A DNA stretch of 64,000 bases from Antedon mediterranea (GCF_964355755.1 NC_092679.1:17963432-18027431), one strand, 5' to 3'; positions 26,648 to 41,834 are shown, counted from the first letter of the stretch. Program-made: numbers and translations. The notes: a model not told the origin generated them from the letters alone.

Positions 26648-27877
26648 CAGACGTTCCAACCCTCCCAATTTATCCGGGAGTCTCCCGAATTTTAACATCA
26701 CCTCCCGGTCTCCCGAATTTTTAATATATCTCCCGATTTCACACATTTCTATAAAATTCAGTAATATTGTATTAAATTATAATCTATCTTCCCACGAAAG
26801 TTAATATTACAAATTAATTTAATCCCACACGTCGTACGTACCACCCCGTATGATACAACGAACATGTAATGTATGTAAAGATTGTATAGCATAGTACAGC
26901 GTACTGTAACTTGTAAGGCGACGTCCTTTGTGTTTACCGACAGTACGCGATTCTTACCTTTAGCGATAAAGCTACAGTATCGCTTTATCAGTAGAGTAGG
27001 CGCACGTGTACTGAAACTTTTTCCTGGTTACAAGTTTGACCTAATTCCCATGCCCAGGGAAGGCATCATCGTCAGTGTAGTAGTAGTAGTAGTACTATGC
27101 GACGTCCTTTGTGTTTACTGACAGTACGCGATGAATCTACAGTATCAGTGGTAGGCGCGCGTGTACTGAAATTGCTAGTTACAAGTTCTTTGACCCAATT
27201 CCAATGCCCATGCATCGATCGTACCATCGTACAGTACTGTATGTATTCTCACTGCGCATGTACCGGAAAAGTACTTGTAGTACTGTATTTTGCGTACATA
27301 CTTTCGCGAATTGCAATCACTCATGAAATTTTCTGGTTTTACAGTATGTCGGAAAAACGTAGTAGCGTAGTTTTAGAGACTAAAGTTGTAACAAGAAAAA
27401 ATATAAAACTAGATTTTCTAATGAATGGAAAAATACGTTTCCGTTTGTTAGTGCGAGTAATCAACACGTTACCGAGAGTGAATACAAATTTTTTTGCACT
27501 ATTTTTAACGTGAATTGTCATGCTCACAGGGAGGAATCAACGATGTTGCTGTACACTCCAGTAAGTTGTTTGTTTTAATTTGTATTTTTGTTAATGAATT
27601 AATACAACTAAATACAGATTTGATTTGTACTGTGAATGGTTTTTTATTTAAGTGTATACAACGAATAAAGTTAGTAAATAAAGTTTGATTTATAATCACC
27701 AAACAAGTTCTTTTCTTTTTGTTTGTATTACTCTGATTTGCAAAGAGCTGTCTTTATATCGTGTTGGTAGTACAGTATACTTTTATTCTTGAACGTTGGT
27801 GGCGACAGACATCACAGTGTTAACATTGGTGGCGGTATATCCTCCCGATTTTTAATTCATTTAGGTTGGAACGTCTG
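26648..27877. mobile_element. hAT-like non-autonomous transposon, apparent 6-bp TSD
   Basis: TIR CAGACGTTCCAACC / GGTTGGAACGTCTG, CTCCCG subterminal repeats, AAGTTG on both flanks; internal duplication 26915-27060 / 27100-27215. Confidence 0.85.
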
Positions 27878-28071
27878 AAGTTGCTACTGCGCATTTGTAA
27901 TTGTTCTGGTATTAAATTGAATCATACATCAAATAGCGCCCAACTATACTTTCTCCCGAGATTTCTCAAGGTTCACATGTATCAAAATGTGTAATTTATA
28001 AGATCAAACTATGTTACAAATTGTAGTAATGTGTGCAGATGTGTAAAGGGTATTATCAATGTACAGTACAA

Positions 28072-28272
28072 CAGGGTATTGCTAAACACCCCGCAAACCC
28101 CCGCAAACCTCCAAAAAAACATAGCAAACCCAATCGAACCAACATTTTTTTACATGGATATACCCAGTGGGTTGTACACTACATGATTCAATCACTTTCA
28201 TGTTGGTTCGATGGGGTTTGCTATGTTTTTTTGGAGGTTTGCGGGGGTTTGCGGGGTGTTTAGCAATACATG
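28072..28272. mobile_element. 201-bp foldback MITE with ~70-bp arms and 5-bp TSD
   Basis: Arms 28076-28145 / 28200-28269 are near-perfect inverted repeats; TACAA on both flanks. Confidence 0.9.
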
Positions 28273-29293
28273 TACAAATACTATACATTTGAAACCCTGA
28301 TTCTGACTCAAAAGTACTATTTCATGTCAAACAGACTTAAACTGTCAATGAACCCATTTAGATTAATTAAAATTGTGATGACGGTGAACAACACATTTAT
28401 TTCTGTCACATACTAAAAAAAAAAACAAAAAACTGCTAGTTTGATATCAGTTTGATAAATCAAAAAACATTAATTACATAAATGATTATTTCTCAAAGCA
28501 AAGGGCACATGGCGGTCAAATAGTAATTAGCAAATTATTTTGAATAGGCATTAGAAATGTAGGTGGCCTAAAGGTTTATAACAAGATCTGTGGTTAAGTG
28601 GGTATTAGATAGCTATCAGTCTGTGGTATGAAATATGTAAGGTCTTCATTTTTGTTTTTCATACTGTTTGATTCAAAATGACCAGATTAATAATGCTTAC
28701 AAAAGTGCATTGAAGAGCCTGCTTATATAATGAATTATCAATATTATTATTGAATACTGTATTTCTTACCCTATGTCAAAATGTATTACTAATATTGTCA
28801 TACTTAATATTATAAACGGTTAATATATAATGATTTAATTAAGTGTTGCAGCCAAATTTATTTAATGCATTGATGACCAGGATTGGATCCAGTATTATAG
28901 AGGGGAGGCTAAAAATTGGGAAGGAAAAATAAAAATAGTCATTATTGTGATTTAAAAAGACATGGCTGTTAAATTTGGGGGGGGGGGGGGGCTAACGCAT
29001 GTTTAGCCCTAGCCTAAATACTGTACGCGCCTGATGACAAGTACAGGTACTTCTTTTTTCATTTATTCATTTATTCACTTATTTCGGACTGTATATCCAT
29101 AGAAAAAATTACATACAGTATTAACAAAAGTTAATCCACAAGATCAATGCTTGTTGGCAATGCTTTTATATATTAGAAACTCCACGGCTGCTCCGCATCA
29201 TTCTGTTGGAAACCGACTTTTAGTTCTAATAGGACGAAAACAATTTTAGACACTATTTTGTTTTTATAATATAATCCCTATTTGTTTTCTTAA

Positions 29294-29631
29294 AGATGTA
29301 TTGTCCCCTAAAAACATGAAAAATAAAGATTAATAAAATCAGATTTTGAATACATTATTTTGTAGTTTTAATAAAGTTAATCACTTCCGTAGGGAAAAAA
29401 CGGAAGAAATTAATGTTTTAACTTATAAAATGACAAAATAAATGGTTAAATTCAAACAAAACCCCATTGGGTGGCAGCCAATGTTACAACTTTTGCTTTA
29501 AATTTCACTTGTTTAGATAAATACATTTTTTTTCTATCAAATTTTTGGTCAAACTATTTAAAGTAACATTAAAATGGTATATTCAAAAAAAAAAATTGAA
29601 AGAATTATTTTCTCAGGGAGACAATACATCT
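29294..29631. mobile_element. Kolobok-like MITE (TTAA-AGATGTATTGTCCCC family)
   Basis: TTAA|AGATGTATTGTCCCC...GGAGACAATACATCT|TTAA. Other copies at 32711-~33020, 40616-40903, ~53270-53494. Confidence 0.8.
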
Positions 29632-30339
29632 TTAATAGGTTAATGTACTGTATGTATAATTAATTATGAAGAACATAATGTATTATGAAACCAGTACTAT
29701 TCATTTGTTGCTTTGTGTCTTAATCATATTATAATGCTATAATCCTATCTTACATAGATAAATAGTAGCAAATACATAAACCATTATTATTATCATGTTG
29801 AGTCGTTCCGCAGAAGAGCTCACAAAAGTAAAGCCATTAGCCTATAACGGCGCGCTTGTGACGTGTTGCAGTGGGTAGTCACTTTAAGTGTAGAATCCTA
29901 TTTTAATACATCGTAGAGGTTGGCACGTGGCCAGAAACATACCTGGGAATATCGACTGTTGCGTAAAATGGTTATTATGAAAACGTTGGCTATGACGTAG
30001 CTGATTTTCCATGTGCTACGTAATGACACTGAAAAAATATATCTTAATTATTTCAATAGTGCAAAGCAATATGGTTCATCTTGGATTACACATTGATTTG
30101 TACATTCATATTTAAGTCCTATTCGTAATTGACATATCAATCATTTGAAATTTAATTGTAACTTTAACGGTGGCGTACAAATAATCCAAAAAAAAAGTTG
30201 ATGAGAGGGAGATGAAGTTAGACAAAAAATAATAATTTAAGATATTTTTTATCAACTTCAACAATTATTTTAATTATTATATTACTATAATCTTTATATC
30301 GGTAAACAAATTTGACATCAACAGTCATGTGTACACATA

Positions 30340-30510
30340 ATATAAATCCAAAGGAAAATTACTGAAAATGACAATGCTGTGGATGTCAGTGGCTGGATCT
30401 CAATGGAGATACAAAATAAAATAAGTAAAAGACTAAATCAAAACGATAAAGTAAAACAGCCAGTCACTGAGATCCAGGCACTGATACCCACAGCATTGTC
30501 ATTTTTTCAT
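30340..30510. mobile_element. Two inverted tail fragments of the hammerhead-bearing SINE
   Basis: 30340-30462 in minus orientation, followed by TGAGATCCAGGCACTGATACCCACAGCATTGTCATTTTTTCA in plus orientation. Confidence 0.75.
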
Positions 30511-30780
30511 TTAATTTAATTTTTTATTTATTCATTTAATATGGTAATACTGCCACAGTTTCAATTGTGTTTTACTACAGGTCTTGTTTAATATGCGAAA
30601 TAAATGAAATCGAAACTTTTCCCTGAAACCAGACTCTGAAAACCGGAAATTCTCAAAAGGAGAATTTGTTACGGTCCAATGGTTCCAAATTTGCTTTTAT
30701 AATTAAAATTCTGATTATAACCAGATTGTGGATAAACAGACAAATTTGCCAAGATTATGGACAAGATCAAGGGTGTCTAA

Positions 30781-31047
30781 GGACCTGTTCAGACATACAG
30801 AGTCATACTTTTGTATCGTACGTGGCGTACAACTCCATAGGTCTGAACCAGAAAAATGTGGGAAACGCATCTAATACGACACTGATCTTTCGTTCGTTAT
30901 GGCAGATCATGGTAAAAGATCAGTGAACGACGCTCTAACCAATCAAATTTACTCCGGCATACCAGCCCAAATCGGTAAGCTTACAATGCTACTTATATGA
31001 TATTGCTTGCGATACAAAAGCATAACTCCATGGATCCGAACATACCC
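30781..31047. mobile_element. Degenerate Harbinger-like MITE
   Basis: TAA|GGACCTGTTCAGAC...ATCCGAACATACCC|TAA; imperfect TIRs. Confidence 0.5.
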
Positions 31048-32180
31048 TAATTTTGGGAGATTTAACACTATAATTTAGTGGTAATAATCTCTTCTTTCGA
31101 GAATTTTGTTTAATTATAAACAGCTAAAATACACTAAAAACACAGAAACCATACAACAAATTATCATTACCTGATGTCATAATTGAGTTATTCCAACATA
31201 TTTTGCTATATTATACTGTACTGAGGCAATTAACAGAGATGAACTAATATTATTATGCACTAACTGTATATACTTAGACAAACCACAAAGATTGAACAGA
31301 TGGTAGAATGAAGAAAATGATGAATAGGGTGAAATAACTAATCCATTGAGTGGCAATACAGGATTTAACAACACCAACGTGCTATAATACCAGGGAAAAA
31401 TGAAAAATGTTAGTACTATAGTATCTAATTAAAAATAAAAATAGTGCGCAAACCACAATGTCGCAGGCAACCAGTAGCTTTTACTCAACCGTTTTTTACC
31501 CTGATTGACCTATCAACCTTTTACACGTCTCTGGTTATTAGGTCATGTTGTTTCTGCTGCAAAAAAATAGCCGGTTATTAACCATGTGAATAAATTAATT
31601 CCAATTTCTTGGTTGCAGAAACAGGACAAATTTTCAGTAACCAGTTGAAATTCGGTGTTATTTAACAAATTATTTCAGTACAACTACAGTATAGCTGCAA
31701 CGCAAAATAACGGTTATTTGATTGACAGTCGCTGACCTTGAGTCAACTACAATGCAGCAACGTTTAAACTGACCGCCCTATTTGCTCTGTCGAGGTTAAC
31801 GGTTAATTTCCGGCGCTAAACAGACCCTTACTCTCTGCACCACCCAACACTCCATATCACGTCCAAACTGCTTCCTTGTATAATAATACAGTAGGATCTA
31901 CTAGTAACTGTATAATAGTGTATAGTATACTATCAACAATTTTCATTTCAGAATATTTTAGTCCTATACAGTAACAGAGCTAAATTACTGTATGACAAGA
32001 CTTATGGAATAAATAGCTGTACTTGTATTATAATATTATAAACAATCATGTGATTGTGGTGTTAAAAAATAACCGAACTACGTTTACTTCCAAATAATGT
32101 ATCACAAAGCTATAACAATTAATTACACAATGAAACACATCTAATGCACAAAAGGAAACCTCTGAGTAAAATAAACATAC

Positions 32181-32214
32181 CTGGCTCTAGCAGAAAAACT
32201 GACTCGGAATTCAT
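32181..32214 (-). CDS. Candidate upstream coding exon of RasGRP (MNSESVFLLEP-G)
   Basis: ATG at 32214 and donor CAG|GTATGT at 32181/32180. Phase 1 matches the acceptor CAACAG|GG AGC ATG at 25247, in frame. No homology support. Confidence 0.4.
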
Positions 32215-34289
32215 TAGCAAAATATTTGTATTAATTCCAGTTTCAACGATAATAGTTTATAGCTTTAGCTTGCTAGCATGTTCTCTACTCACTGTTAGCC
32301 ACCACATAAATGAGGAGAAACTGGCATTTAACAGATCTGATAGTGGTCGTCTCGTGACGATGAAGCAATTAGTTCAACTGAGCTGTTATAAGAGCTGCTT
32401 ATACTATTGTACAGGTATGCTGTATGTCTGTTTCAGCTTCCCGGATTTAACTTTGTCACTCTATACTTCTTTAATTCCTTTAGTAAATATTATACGACCG
32501 CTTTATTTACATGTCGTCCCTGTGGTTTGTTAAATTATTATAATCTTGTATAGTAATTAATTTCAATTATTGATGATGTAAATGTTGATGTACATTTCAT
32601 AAATCAGTACTGTATTATCATAATCATTGTTATTATTATTATTATTAGTTAAATGCGCGGCAATGTTATTTTGATAAAATATACAATATAGTTATTAATT
32701 ATTAATTTAAAGATGTTTTGTCCCCCAAAAAACATGAAAATTAATATTAATAAATCAAACTTTGAATAGGCAATTTCATAGTTTTAATAGTTAGGTAATC
32801 ATTTCCCATAAAAAAAAACAGAAAAAAAAATGTTTTTTATTTATAAAAAGCCAAAATAAACAGTAAAATTCAACCAAAAACCAATTTTCTGACAGACAAT
32901 TGAACAATTTTTTGCTTTAAATACATTTTTTTTTAGGTAAACATTTTTTTGATCAAATTTTTTGTCAAAGTGAATAACAAACATTAAAATTACATATTCA
33001 AAAAATTTTAGAAAAATATATTCAATGGTATTAAATATTAAAATATTAGTAAATTGCTTTGTTTTGTACAAGCCTACACAATTTACAAACATTTATGACT
33101 TTAACTTATTAATATATTTTATAAAAAAAGTCATCAATCAATTTCCTTTAAATTAAAAAACATAATTAAATTTATTGTCAACGTGAATGAAAAACAATCT
33201 TTATACTAATGAAGAATAGGTAACAGGTCAAGAATTAAAAATATATTATGATTGTGTCATGTTTAAAGTAGTTGATCACAATGTTCACACACAGTGTTAT
33301 TTGCCAAGTGAAAATACTAATTAAACAAGTAAACATCGTCTTGATTTATCTAAATACAGACTACCTCAATAACAATATTTGACTGATTCTCAAGAGGGCA
33401 GTAATCACTGTATATATTATGTGTATGATCATACTTGTTTTAGATGGTATAGAATGTTGTAGTAAGTATAGGTGCTCAAAATACATTCTACTTATTAACA
33501 ATTTATTAATTCAGACTCGTTTCACCAATGAGTATATTTCCAGAGACAACCCCCAGCTGAAATGAATACAGCATATAGTAGCATCGAGTTAATATTACTA
33601 TATGAGTTAATAGTCCCCTGTCTTAAATTTCTTCTACATAAATCTAAAGCTCTGTCTACACTATCAAACTAGTGTGACAAAATAGGGTTTTAAGGCTGTA
33701 ATATTAATCTTTTCAACCCTCATTCATTTCACAGGAAAGTTTTTCCTTAAACCGCTAGTCCTCTAGGATAAGCTCACTCATAAACTTTCCACAACTTCAC
33801 AGGACTGTAGGTTGGTAAGGTTTCAAACCTGAATATTCACAGAGGCTTTTGATAACCCAGTGACTTGAAAACAATTGTTTAAACTTTCTTGCAAAAACTG
33901 CACCACTTTATTTCTTGTGGATACATCACTGCTTCAGTATGCTATTCACCTTGTGTACTCTTAAAGTGGGATTCTGGGTTTAAAATTGCTTTTAAATATC
34001 GTTTATTTATTAAATAAAAAATATTATAACAATATAGACATGTCAGAATGAAGAAGTAATAACGAGAAATTAAACAAATTAAATTTCATATACATTTTAG
34101 GGTAAATTCATGGAAAGTCTGTTTTTCAGCAGCTTAGGGAAGCTCATTAATATTCATGAGATATTCACAAAATCACGTCATCAGTGGATTCCAAACTCGC
34201 GACGTCAAGCTTGTACGTTGTGTTCTCTCTCCCCTGTCAAACGACGACCACCTGATCATTGTGAAATACATTTTTTGTAGATTTTCTAA

Positions 34290-35240
34290 GCTAGGCCTAA
34301 AGTGTAATAATAGCAGTAGTAGCATATATTTATTTGACATTTAATGAGATACAAAATTTAGTACAGTTACGAAGTCATAAATTATACTATTTTTATACCT
34401 CGAATAGTACAGATCGTATATCGGCTTCACGTACTAGGCTAGGCCTAGCCTAAATCATTTTATTCATGGGTGAGAGCCATTTCTGACTAGGGATTCCATG
34501 CCACGATGGCTACGTTAAAACATTGGGGCCATCATTCATGGGCCTAGCTAGCTAGCCTATTACTAAATGATTGGCCCATAAATAACAAAACTCAGTGGAT
34601 TCCAAACCCATCCTATCAACCAAACTCCTAAACAATCTAAACCTAAAACGTTCTACAAAAATCGGCTGTAAATATTGAGGCAAAACAAGGTCCGATCGCC
34701 GTCCGCACGTATGGTGTCCCGATCGTCTAATAAGTAGGCCTAAAATAGGCCTAGTTTACTCTCCAAAAAAGCGGATACTGCATCAAGCAAGTAGACCGGT
34801 AGTAGGAATGAGACCTAGCCGATCCGGCCCAGTTAAAAATTGAGCTAGCTAGTGTAGTAGACCCTATGCGAATTGATACTACCAGGCCTTTTACTATAAG
34901 CTACACTAAAATTAGCAATACTTATGTTTACAAAAATTCCAACTCTCTCTCATTCGAGCTATATTATCTATACCATTCCGGTAGGTCGAGTCGACCTTCA
35001 ATCAAATACTGTACATCGTTCATGTTGTGATTATAGACGAGGTATACTCGACCCGACCAGTTTGGTATTGTATACTGTATCTGCTTATCACGTGACGATG
35101 CCAGGCATGGGGCAGAGAGAGCACGTGTATCGTCGTCTCGCTCTCCTCGCTCAGCAGGAATGTATACGTTACGCTTCATTGATTTTGAAGGCTTTCCCTA
35201 AGTCAGTGCGAAAATCGGCAAACGTAAAGTGCAAACTTAT
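34290..35240 (-). promoter_or_regulatory. Probable promoter / first-exon region of RasGRP
   Basis: CpG-richer island with E-boxes (TCACGTGA ~35087, CACGTG ~35122), with a dense TAGGCCTA/GCTAGC cluster on its downstream (minus) side, the same layout as at both SELENOW starts. Confidence 0.45.
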
Positions 35241-37817
35241 CTAATTTTTAACTGTTTTTATGGATTTTCATAGAAAATTTACTTTATAAATGGGAAGACC
35301 GACTAAAATTACATCAGATAAGTATAATTTTACAAAAGTAATTGATATGGTTAATGATAACGAGTCGTCGGAAGATTGACCATTTCACGAATTTCCTATT
35401 CTGTAACCACAGTGTGATTTTGCCGTAGCTGCACTTGTAATCTGGCCTCATTTCACAGCCTTCGTTCTGCTTCACTGGGCGCTTATATAAATTGAAACTT
35501 TTACCGTTCAAGAGACAAACAAATATATTTTACATTTTTTACTATTCATTTTAAACCCGGAACCCCCCTTTAAGTGGTATGTGCGCTATATAAATCCATA
35601 TTATTTTAAAACATAAACATATATGTTCATACATATCTTTTCTTTAAACACATCATCTAGGCACTGGTTACTCACAGAAAATGTTGACCTTGATGTATTT
35701 TGTGAGTGACTACGTACAAGTCAATCTATCAAAATCAAGTTGTATGATTCATTTGGTAATTTCTACTAGGATTCAATTGACCCATTAATTAGCACTATCA
35801 GACTTGTTCAGTCTGCCCTTCCAACACTACGTCATGACATAAAATATCATGCCAACAAAGTTAACCAACCCTGTATAGAATGAGTACACACTATCAGATC
35901 TACTGTACGCCTACGACAGACATCGGGCCAAAAGCCAATGATGTACACCTGTAAAAAAACGTAGCAGGCAGCAGTTTGCCCATTCTAGTATGTCTTGACA
36001 GTCCAATTGTTTGTATAAAACTGCACACCTTATGTATTACAGATGACTAGATACTCCTTACTTATAAAAACAGATGTCATGACAGATATAATCAGGCCAA
36101 TGAAAATAAACATTTATCAAATAACATTTTCTATAAAGATATGGGTGAAAATATAAACCAAAAAAAATGTATTCTAACAGAATGACTCAGTATCTGTACT
36201 TTAATGTTTGGAAATATGTAATAATGTGGATTTTTATTACAAATGAAAGAATATTAATATGTAGAATGTATACAGGACGTTTAATAATGATACTATCTTT
36301 ATTGTTTAGACAAAGCTGGCATCTGCCATACTGTACACCATCAATATCTTTTCCACAACTGCAATGTTACTGTAAAACCAAAATGTGGTAACTCTATTGT
36401 CAGTAACAAAAATTTCTGGTTATGTAAACTTGTTTTAATTTATTAACAATTAATTAATATACATAATAAAACAATTTTATAGATCAATTAACGTCTACTG
36501 CATTACATTATTTCCAGAAATAATAATATATTTATTTCCTCCAAAAAAAAATGCAAATACAATATTAGCGACATTAAGGAGTGTGATCACATAACTAAGG
36601 AACAAGTTCCTATTATTACTGTACCTAAAGGGAAGACTTGTAAAAATAAAGAGAGATACTAATACAGTATTGATTAAATGTATGTTTACATGAAGAAAAT
36701 CAATAGTAAATAAATTATTGCGTTCAGTACATTATTTTTAGACAAGCCTGAGAAGAATAATAATATGATAGGTTTACTGGTTAATGGACGCCAGCAGATT
36801 ACAAAATTTTACCCTATTTCTTGTGCTTCCTATCTAATTAAATTTCTTCAAAAAGCGGTTTTATACAAAGATCACATTGCAGCTAAAATTTGCTCCAAAA
36901 GCGTATATTTGATGCCAGAATCAATTGTTAAACCAGAATTGGTTCTTTTTATGTGGACCCATTTCTACTGGAAACAAAATAGCATTCTTTTCAAATATGA
37001 CGTTGCTCAGCAGAAACAGGTACTAAAAAATAAAACTTGCAGGCTGTTACTAATACTACTACTAACACTATTTCAAACAAAATAAATATATTTTCTAGCA
37101 CTGTTTATACATACTTGTCAATTAAACAGGTATGGTATATACACAACTTGTTGGCTTACTGCGAGTGTCAAAAAGGAAATCGTCTATTCAATGATCCTGT
37201 AGAGGTAACCAACTGTACATTCAATAATGCTGTTGTTACCAGTACATATCTTAAATACTGTAAAGTGCAGTAGCCTACACAAACGTATTGTAATTATGTA
37301 TGCCTTATGAAAATGGACATATAATAAAGTAAATGTTTAACAAAACAAAAATTGATTCTTATATCAAATTTGCTTTAGATCTAATTTCAATCAGAACCAG
37401 ATGTAGAATTATACTTTTGTTTATTCGAATGTACATTCAAATTTAAATTATTCTAGTATTTTGTCAGATTTTGTGTTGAAAAAACTGGGGCAGAACCAAA
37501 GGTCAAGAGAGCATTTATTATTGTGAGAATCATTTTTGTTTTGCTTTGAAAAATTACACAAACAAAATGGTTTTGTTATGTAATGATGAGTGCGACTTTA
37601 TTCCTGGATAAACCTACGATAGCCCATTACATGCTATCCCACGGTTCCCGCAAGTGAAATGGGGCTGGGGCTTGCCCATATGAGGTCATGGTTGGCAGAT
37701 TAGTTCATTATTGCAAATGGGTGTTCAAGAAACATCCTCTTGAGTGCACAGGCTATGGTTGGTTTATCCAGAAAAGCTAGGCTATACTGTAAGCATGAAA
37801 TAGAGTGATTGATATTA

Positions 37818-39074
37818 GGCCAAATAAAAAAATATACTTGTTAAGCGTCACACCCTCATAAATTTTCAGGGGCGGGGGGACGGTTTTTTTCTTTTTTTTT
37901 TTTCTTTTTATAGAGGTATATTTTTGCGCGGTGGACGTTTTTCCCCACTTTTTTTAGGACGAAACGTCAAACTTTTAAAATGCGAAACAGAACAAAATTG
38001 ACTATGTATGAAATATTATTGCTTATGACAAAATTGAGTTTTGTATTGTTTATATCCAGACGTAATTAAAACATTAAATTTAATTGCCACCAAGCGAAAT
38101 TGTAGGCCCTAGGCTAACTAATCCGTCCAAGCTGCTACCCCCACCTCACTCACCGGCCATCCGCCGTCTCTCGCTCGACTCATCTATCCAGGAAATTCCC
38201 TATCGCGAGAAGCATGATTTGGTCTCAATAATACTAAATAGTGGGCTGATTTATAGTTTGAAAACAGCTTACGGCATTTCTTAAGTGAATTTTTATTCAA
38301 CGTATTCATTCTTCTTTGATGAATCCTTTGCCAATTGCTGTGTAAATCAGTATTTAAAGTTGTGATGCAAAAAGTGTATGTAATTATTCCACAGGTAAAC
38401 CAGGCATAAGGAAACCCATCGCCCAACAGGACCTCTTGGTGTGCCGATCTCGAGCGCGAGATCATCGTAAACAAAATTGGTAGAGTCCATTATGTATGGG
38501 GTGTTTCCTATTTACGAACCTATAAAAAAACGCGCTTCGACCACTGTGTAGGCAAAATATTTATTTCGTTAAATCCCTAAATTGATAATCGCGTATTCTG
38601 TAATCACGTGACTGATGATGTAATCCTCAGCGACGTACTAAATGCACATGATTTAATGTGTTGGGGAAAAAGCTTGCTGTTTACCACATTACATGATTCA
38701 CGGTGCTATTGGCGTTTCCTTGACGTAAATCGGCGGCGTGTAAATGAAACAATTGTTTTCACCAAATTGACGTTGTCGACATAGAGCGATCGGCGGCTAG
38801 CGTTGTCTAAGCTAAAAAGTACGTATTTTTCAAAAATTACACTATAGCCTAACAAACATTTGCTAGTTTTGAAATTTTCAAATAGCAATTATGAAGAATC
38901 TACTAGCAAAATGCTAGTTTGCTAGCGTGAATTTCGAGCCCTACTCTGGAGCTGGGCCGGGCCGCTGAACTTTCCGTTGTATATCGATAAAAAAAAAATA
39001 AAAATAAAAAGAGAGGCGGCTGGATAATCAGGAGCGGGCGGTGACGCTTAACAAGTATGTTTTTTTATTTGGCC
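37818..39074. mobile_element. Non-autonomous DNA transposon with TTA TSD (Zator- or Harbinger-like)
   Basis: 34-bp TIR GGCCAAATAAAAAAATATACTTGTTAAGCGTCAC with one mismatch; TTA at 37815-17 and 39075-77; no recognisable transposase. Confidence 0.88.
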
Positions 39075-40615
39075 TTACTAACATTTTTTGTCCACGATTC
39101 CCACAGCTTATACAGTAAGAATGTAAACATTTACCACAGTATCCTTCTATTCAAACCATACAGTTTCTCTTCACTATATAAAAAAATAACTTCTCTTCAA
39201 TTAGCTAAAATGGTACATGCCGCTCTTTGTGAAATTGTTCTCAAAATCTCTTTGGATGATGTTTTCCAACTCTTCCATCTAAAATACACTATCTTATTAT
39301 AGTACATTTGCTACACTCATTCGATTTTATTTATATTACATGCTTGAATTAATTTATTTATTTATTTTATTTAATCGAAACCAACAGCGATAATTACCGC
39401 CACTAACAGGTTTTGATACAAACAAAGCCAGGACTGTTTAAAGCACCTTGATTGGTCCTAACATTGATCAAGGGCTTCTATCGTCCAGTGCCCACCTTGG
39501 GTAGTATACACTGACTTGGAATTAGTATGGGATTTTTTTTTTCTGATCGGTTTCAATTAATCTTTCCTCCACCTGCACACACTTTTACTATGAGAAGCAG
39601 TCATATAGAAAACCGGAAAAAATACTTAAGTAATAAATTGGCTTAAATACACTTGAACATGTCAACGTGTGTTTGCATAATTGGGTAATACTATAGGAGT
39701 AGAGACAATTTTAATTAATAATTATAATGCCACTTTATTAAGTACTAAAAAAACAATTGCTGTCTATTTTTATTCAATTTTTTTTTTGTCAATTTATTCC
39801 TTTTTTTTTAATACAATTGAAATATTAAACTTTAAAGTATGTAACAATTAACTGTGTATAAATTATTATTATTATAAATTAATAAACGTTTTTTAAACTG
39901 TAAAAGTGTACTTTTGGCATTGCACTACATTTAAGTAGAACTCAGAGTGGTGCAAACAACCCTCTTGTTTTAATTATTTCATTTTCTATCAAAAATTATA
40001 AATATAAATATATCTTGAGTGTAAAAGCTGTCTTGTGCGCAGTGAATATTTTCGCAAATGTAGGATTTAGAATTTATCAAATGGTAATTAATAAAAAGCG
40101 CAATGCAATTTTTGTTAAATCTTACTCCAAATCCAGATTATTCGATGTGGTAAAATGGCTAATCAAAAATGTTTAATGAACCTGTTTCCTAAGTCTGTAT
40201 AATGGAGAAATCAGTTTAACACTGTATTAGTTCTATAGGCCCAACTGGAAAATCAGAGTGAACCCAATAATTTGTTTTACCCTTGAAATATATACATTTT
40301 TAGTAAGAATCTTATGCTTTTAATACTCTGAATATATTATGAAAGCAATTGGTACATTTACAGTCTAATTTGAATCCGTTGACCTGGAAACAATTTCAGA
40401 TTTGGAGGAAATTAGAAATTGATGAGCTTTGCGAGTAATACCTGCTCATCTAGGATTCAGCTGTAGAAATCGTTCACCAATCAACATACAGTACCTACAA
40501 GGATACATATATTTTAGATTGTTTCTCGCTTTTTTTTTTATCGATGACTTTAGTACAATAATACAATATTATGCTCAAACCACTTTCGACTTCACCAAAA
40601 AATACAATTATTTAA

Positions 40616-40903
40616 AGATATATTGTCCCCGCAAAACATGAAAAATTAATAAAATCAGACTTTAAATAGGCTATTTTGCAGTTTTAATAAAGTCATTCAC
40701 TTCTATAAAAAAAATTAAAAAAAATAATGATTTCACTTATAAAAAGACAAAAGAAAGATTTAATTTTTGTTTTGAATTACATTTTTTTCAGGTAAATATT
40801 TTTTTTTAATCCAGTTTTTATTCAAAGTGGATAACTATTATGTGACATAAAAATTGCATATTCAACATTTTTTTAAATATTTGTTCAAGGGGACAATACA
40901 TCT
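40616..40903. mobile_element. Kolobok-like MITE copy
   Basis: TTAA|AGATATATTGTCCCC...GGGGACAATACATCT|TTAA. Confidence 0.82.
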
Positions 40904-41249
40904 TTAAATAACAATTGGGCGGTGAATGATGTATTAACAATGCTACAGTAGTGAATATGATTATGACAGTAATTCTGGACTACCATTCCATTTTTCTCTT
41001 CAAGCCAACATTTCCACCTAAACTATTGGCATAACATTTTTCCATGTCAAAGCTTTAGTAATAAACCTAAAGTAGAAATATTCTTTGATAACTGTTTTAA
41101 ATACTGGTCACTAATTAGACACAATTCAACTAGTACTTGAGCCAGGAATAGAAATTTGATGACTGTACCCTTTGTATGTAGGTGTACTGTACAGTATTTA
41201 CATCCGGGTCCATAAAACATTTGCCTTTCAAGTGTTGCCCAAGAATATA

Positions 41250-41834
41250 GTCGTGAGGTGGTTTCCCGATTAATCGTACGATCGAACCGGTACTGGGTAT
41301 GATCAACTAGCGTTCGTGTTCCCACCTAATCATCCATTCATAGAAGTACTGATGAAGATATCAATCTGTGGCGACAATAGAATGGACCCGAGACCTGGCT
41401 ATCTTCGACTTTTAAATAATAGAAAGTTTAGAAAAATGTTTTTGTTAGACTAGAAATATACATTGTATGTATATAGAAAAATTGTTGTAGTTTTCAAAAT
41501 TACATTGTATAAGTTGCGATGTGAAAAACTGTTATTTGATCGTTAGTTGTCATGTACATGAAGCAAAAATATAAATATAATAAAATAAAATAAAATAAAA
41601 ATCGTTAGTAAAACTTTTAAAAAGAGTAAAGATATAAGGAAGAAAAACAAAGAGATCATGGAGCGGCTGTACCAGAATATACAACACTAAGTATTGTAAA
41701 GTTAAAAACTAAAAATTTAGGCGATCTTGTCAAAGGTCAAGCGCCTTCAGCCTGCCACGTTTCGATATTCAATATTGAACTTGATACCCAGTACCGTTTT
41801 GATCGTACGATTAATCGGGAAACCACCTCACGAC
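41250..41834. mobile_element. Non-autonomous DNA element with ~50-bp TIRs, superfamily uncertain
   Basis: GTCGTGAGGTGGTTTCCCGATTAATCGTACGATC..CGGTACTGGGTAT inverted at 41781-41834; AATATA on both flanks. Confidence 0.85.

Noticed and set aside
41349-41385. CTGATGA as a further hammerhead core (also 21665, 29032, 38612)
   Set aside because: No stem II followed by GAAA.
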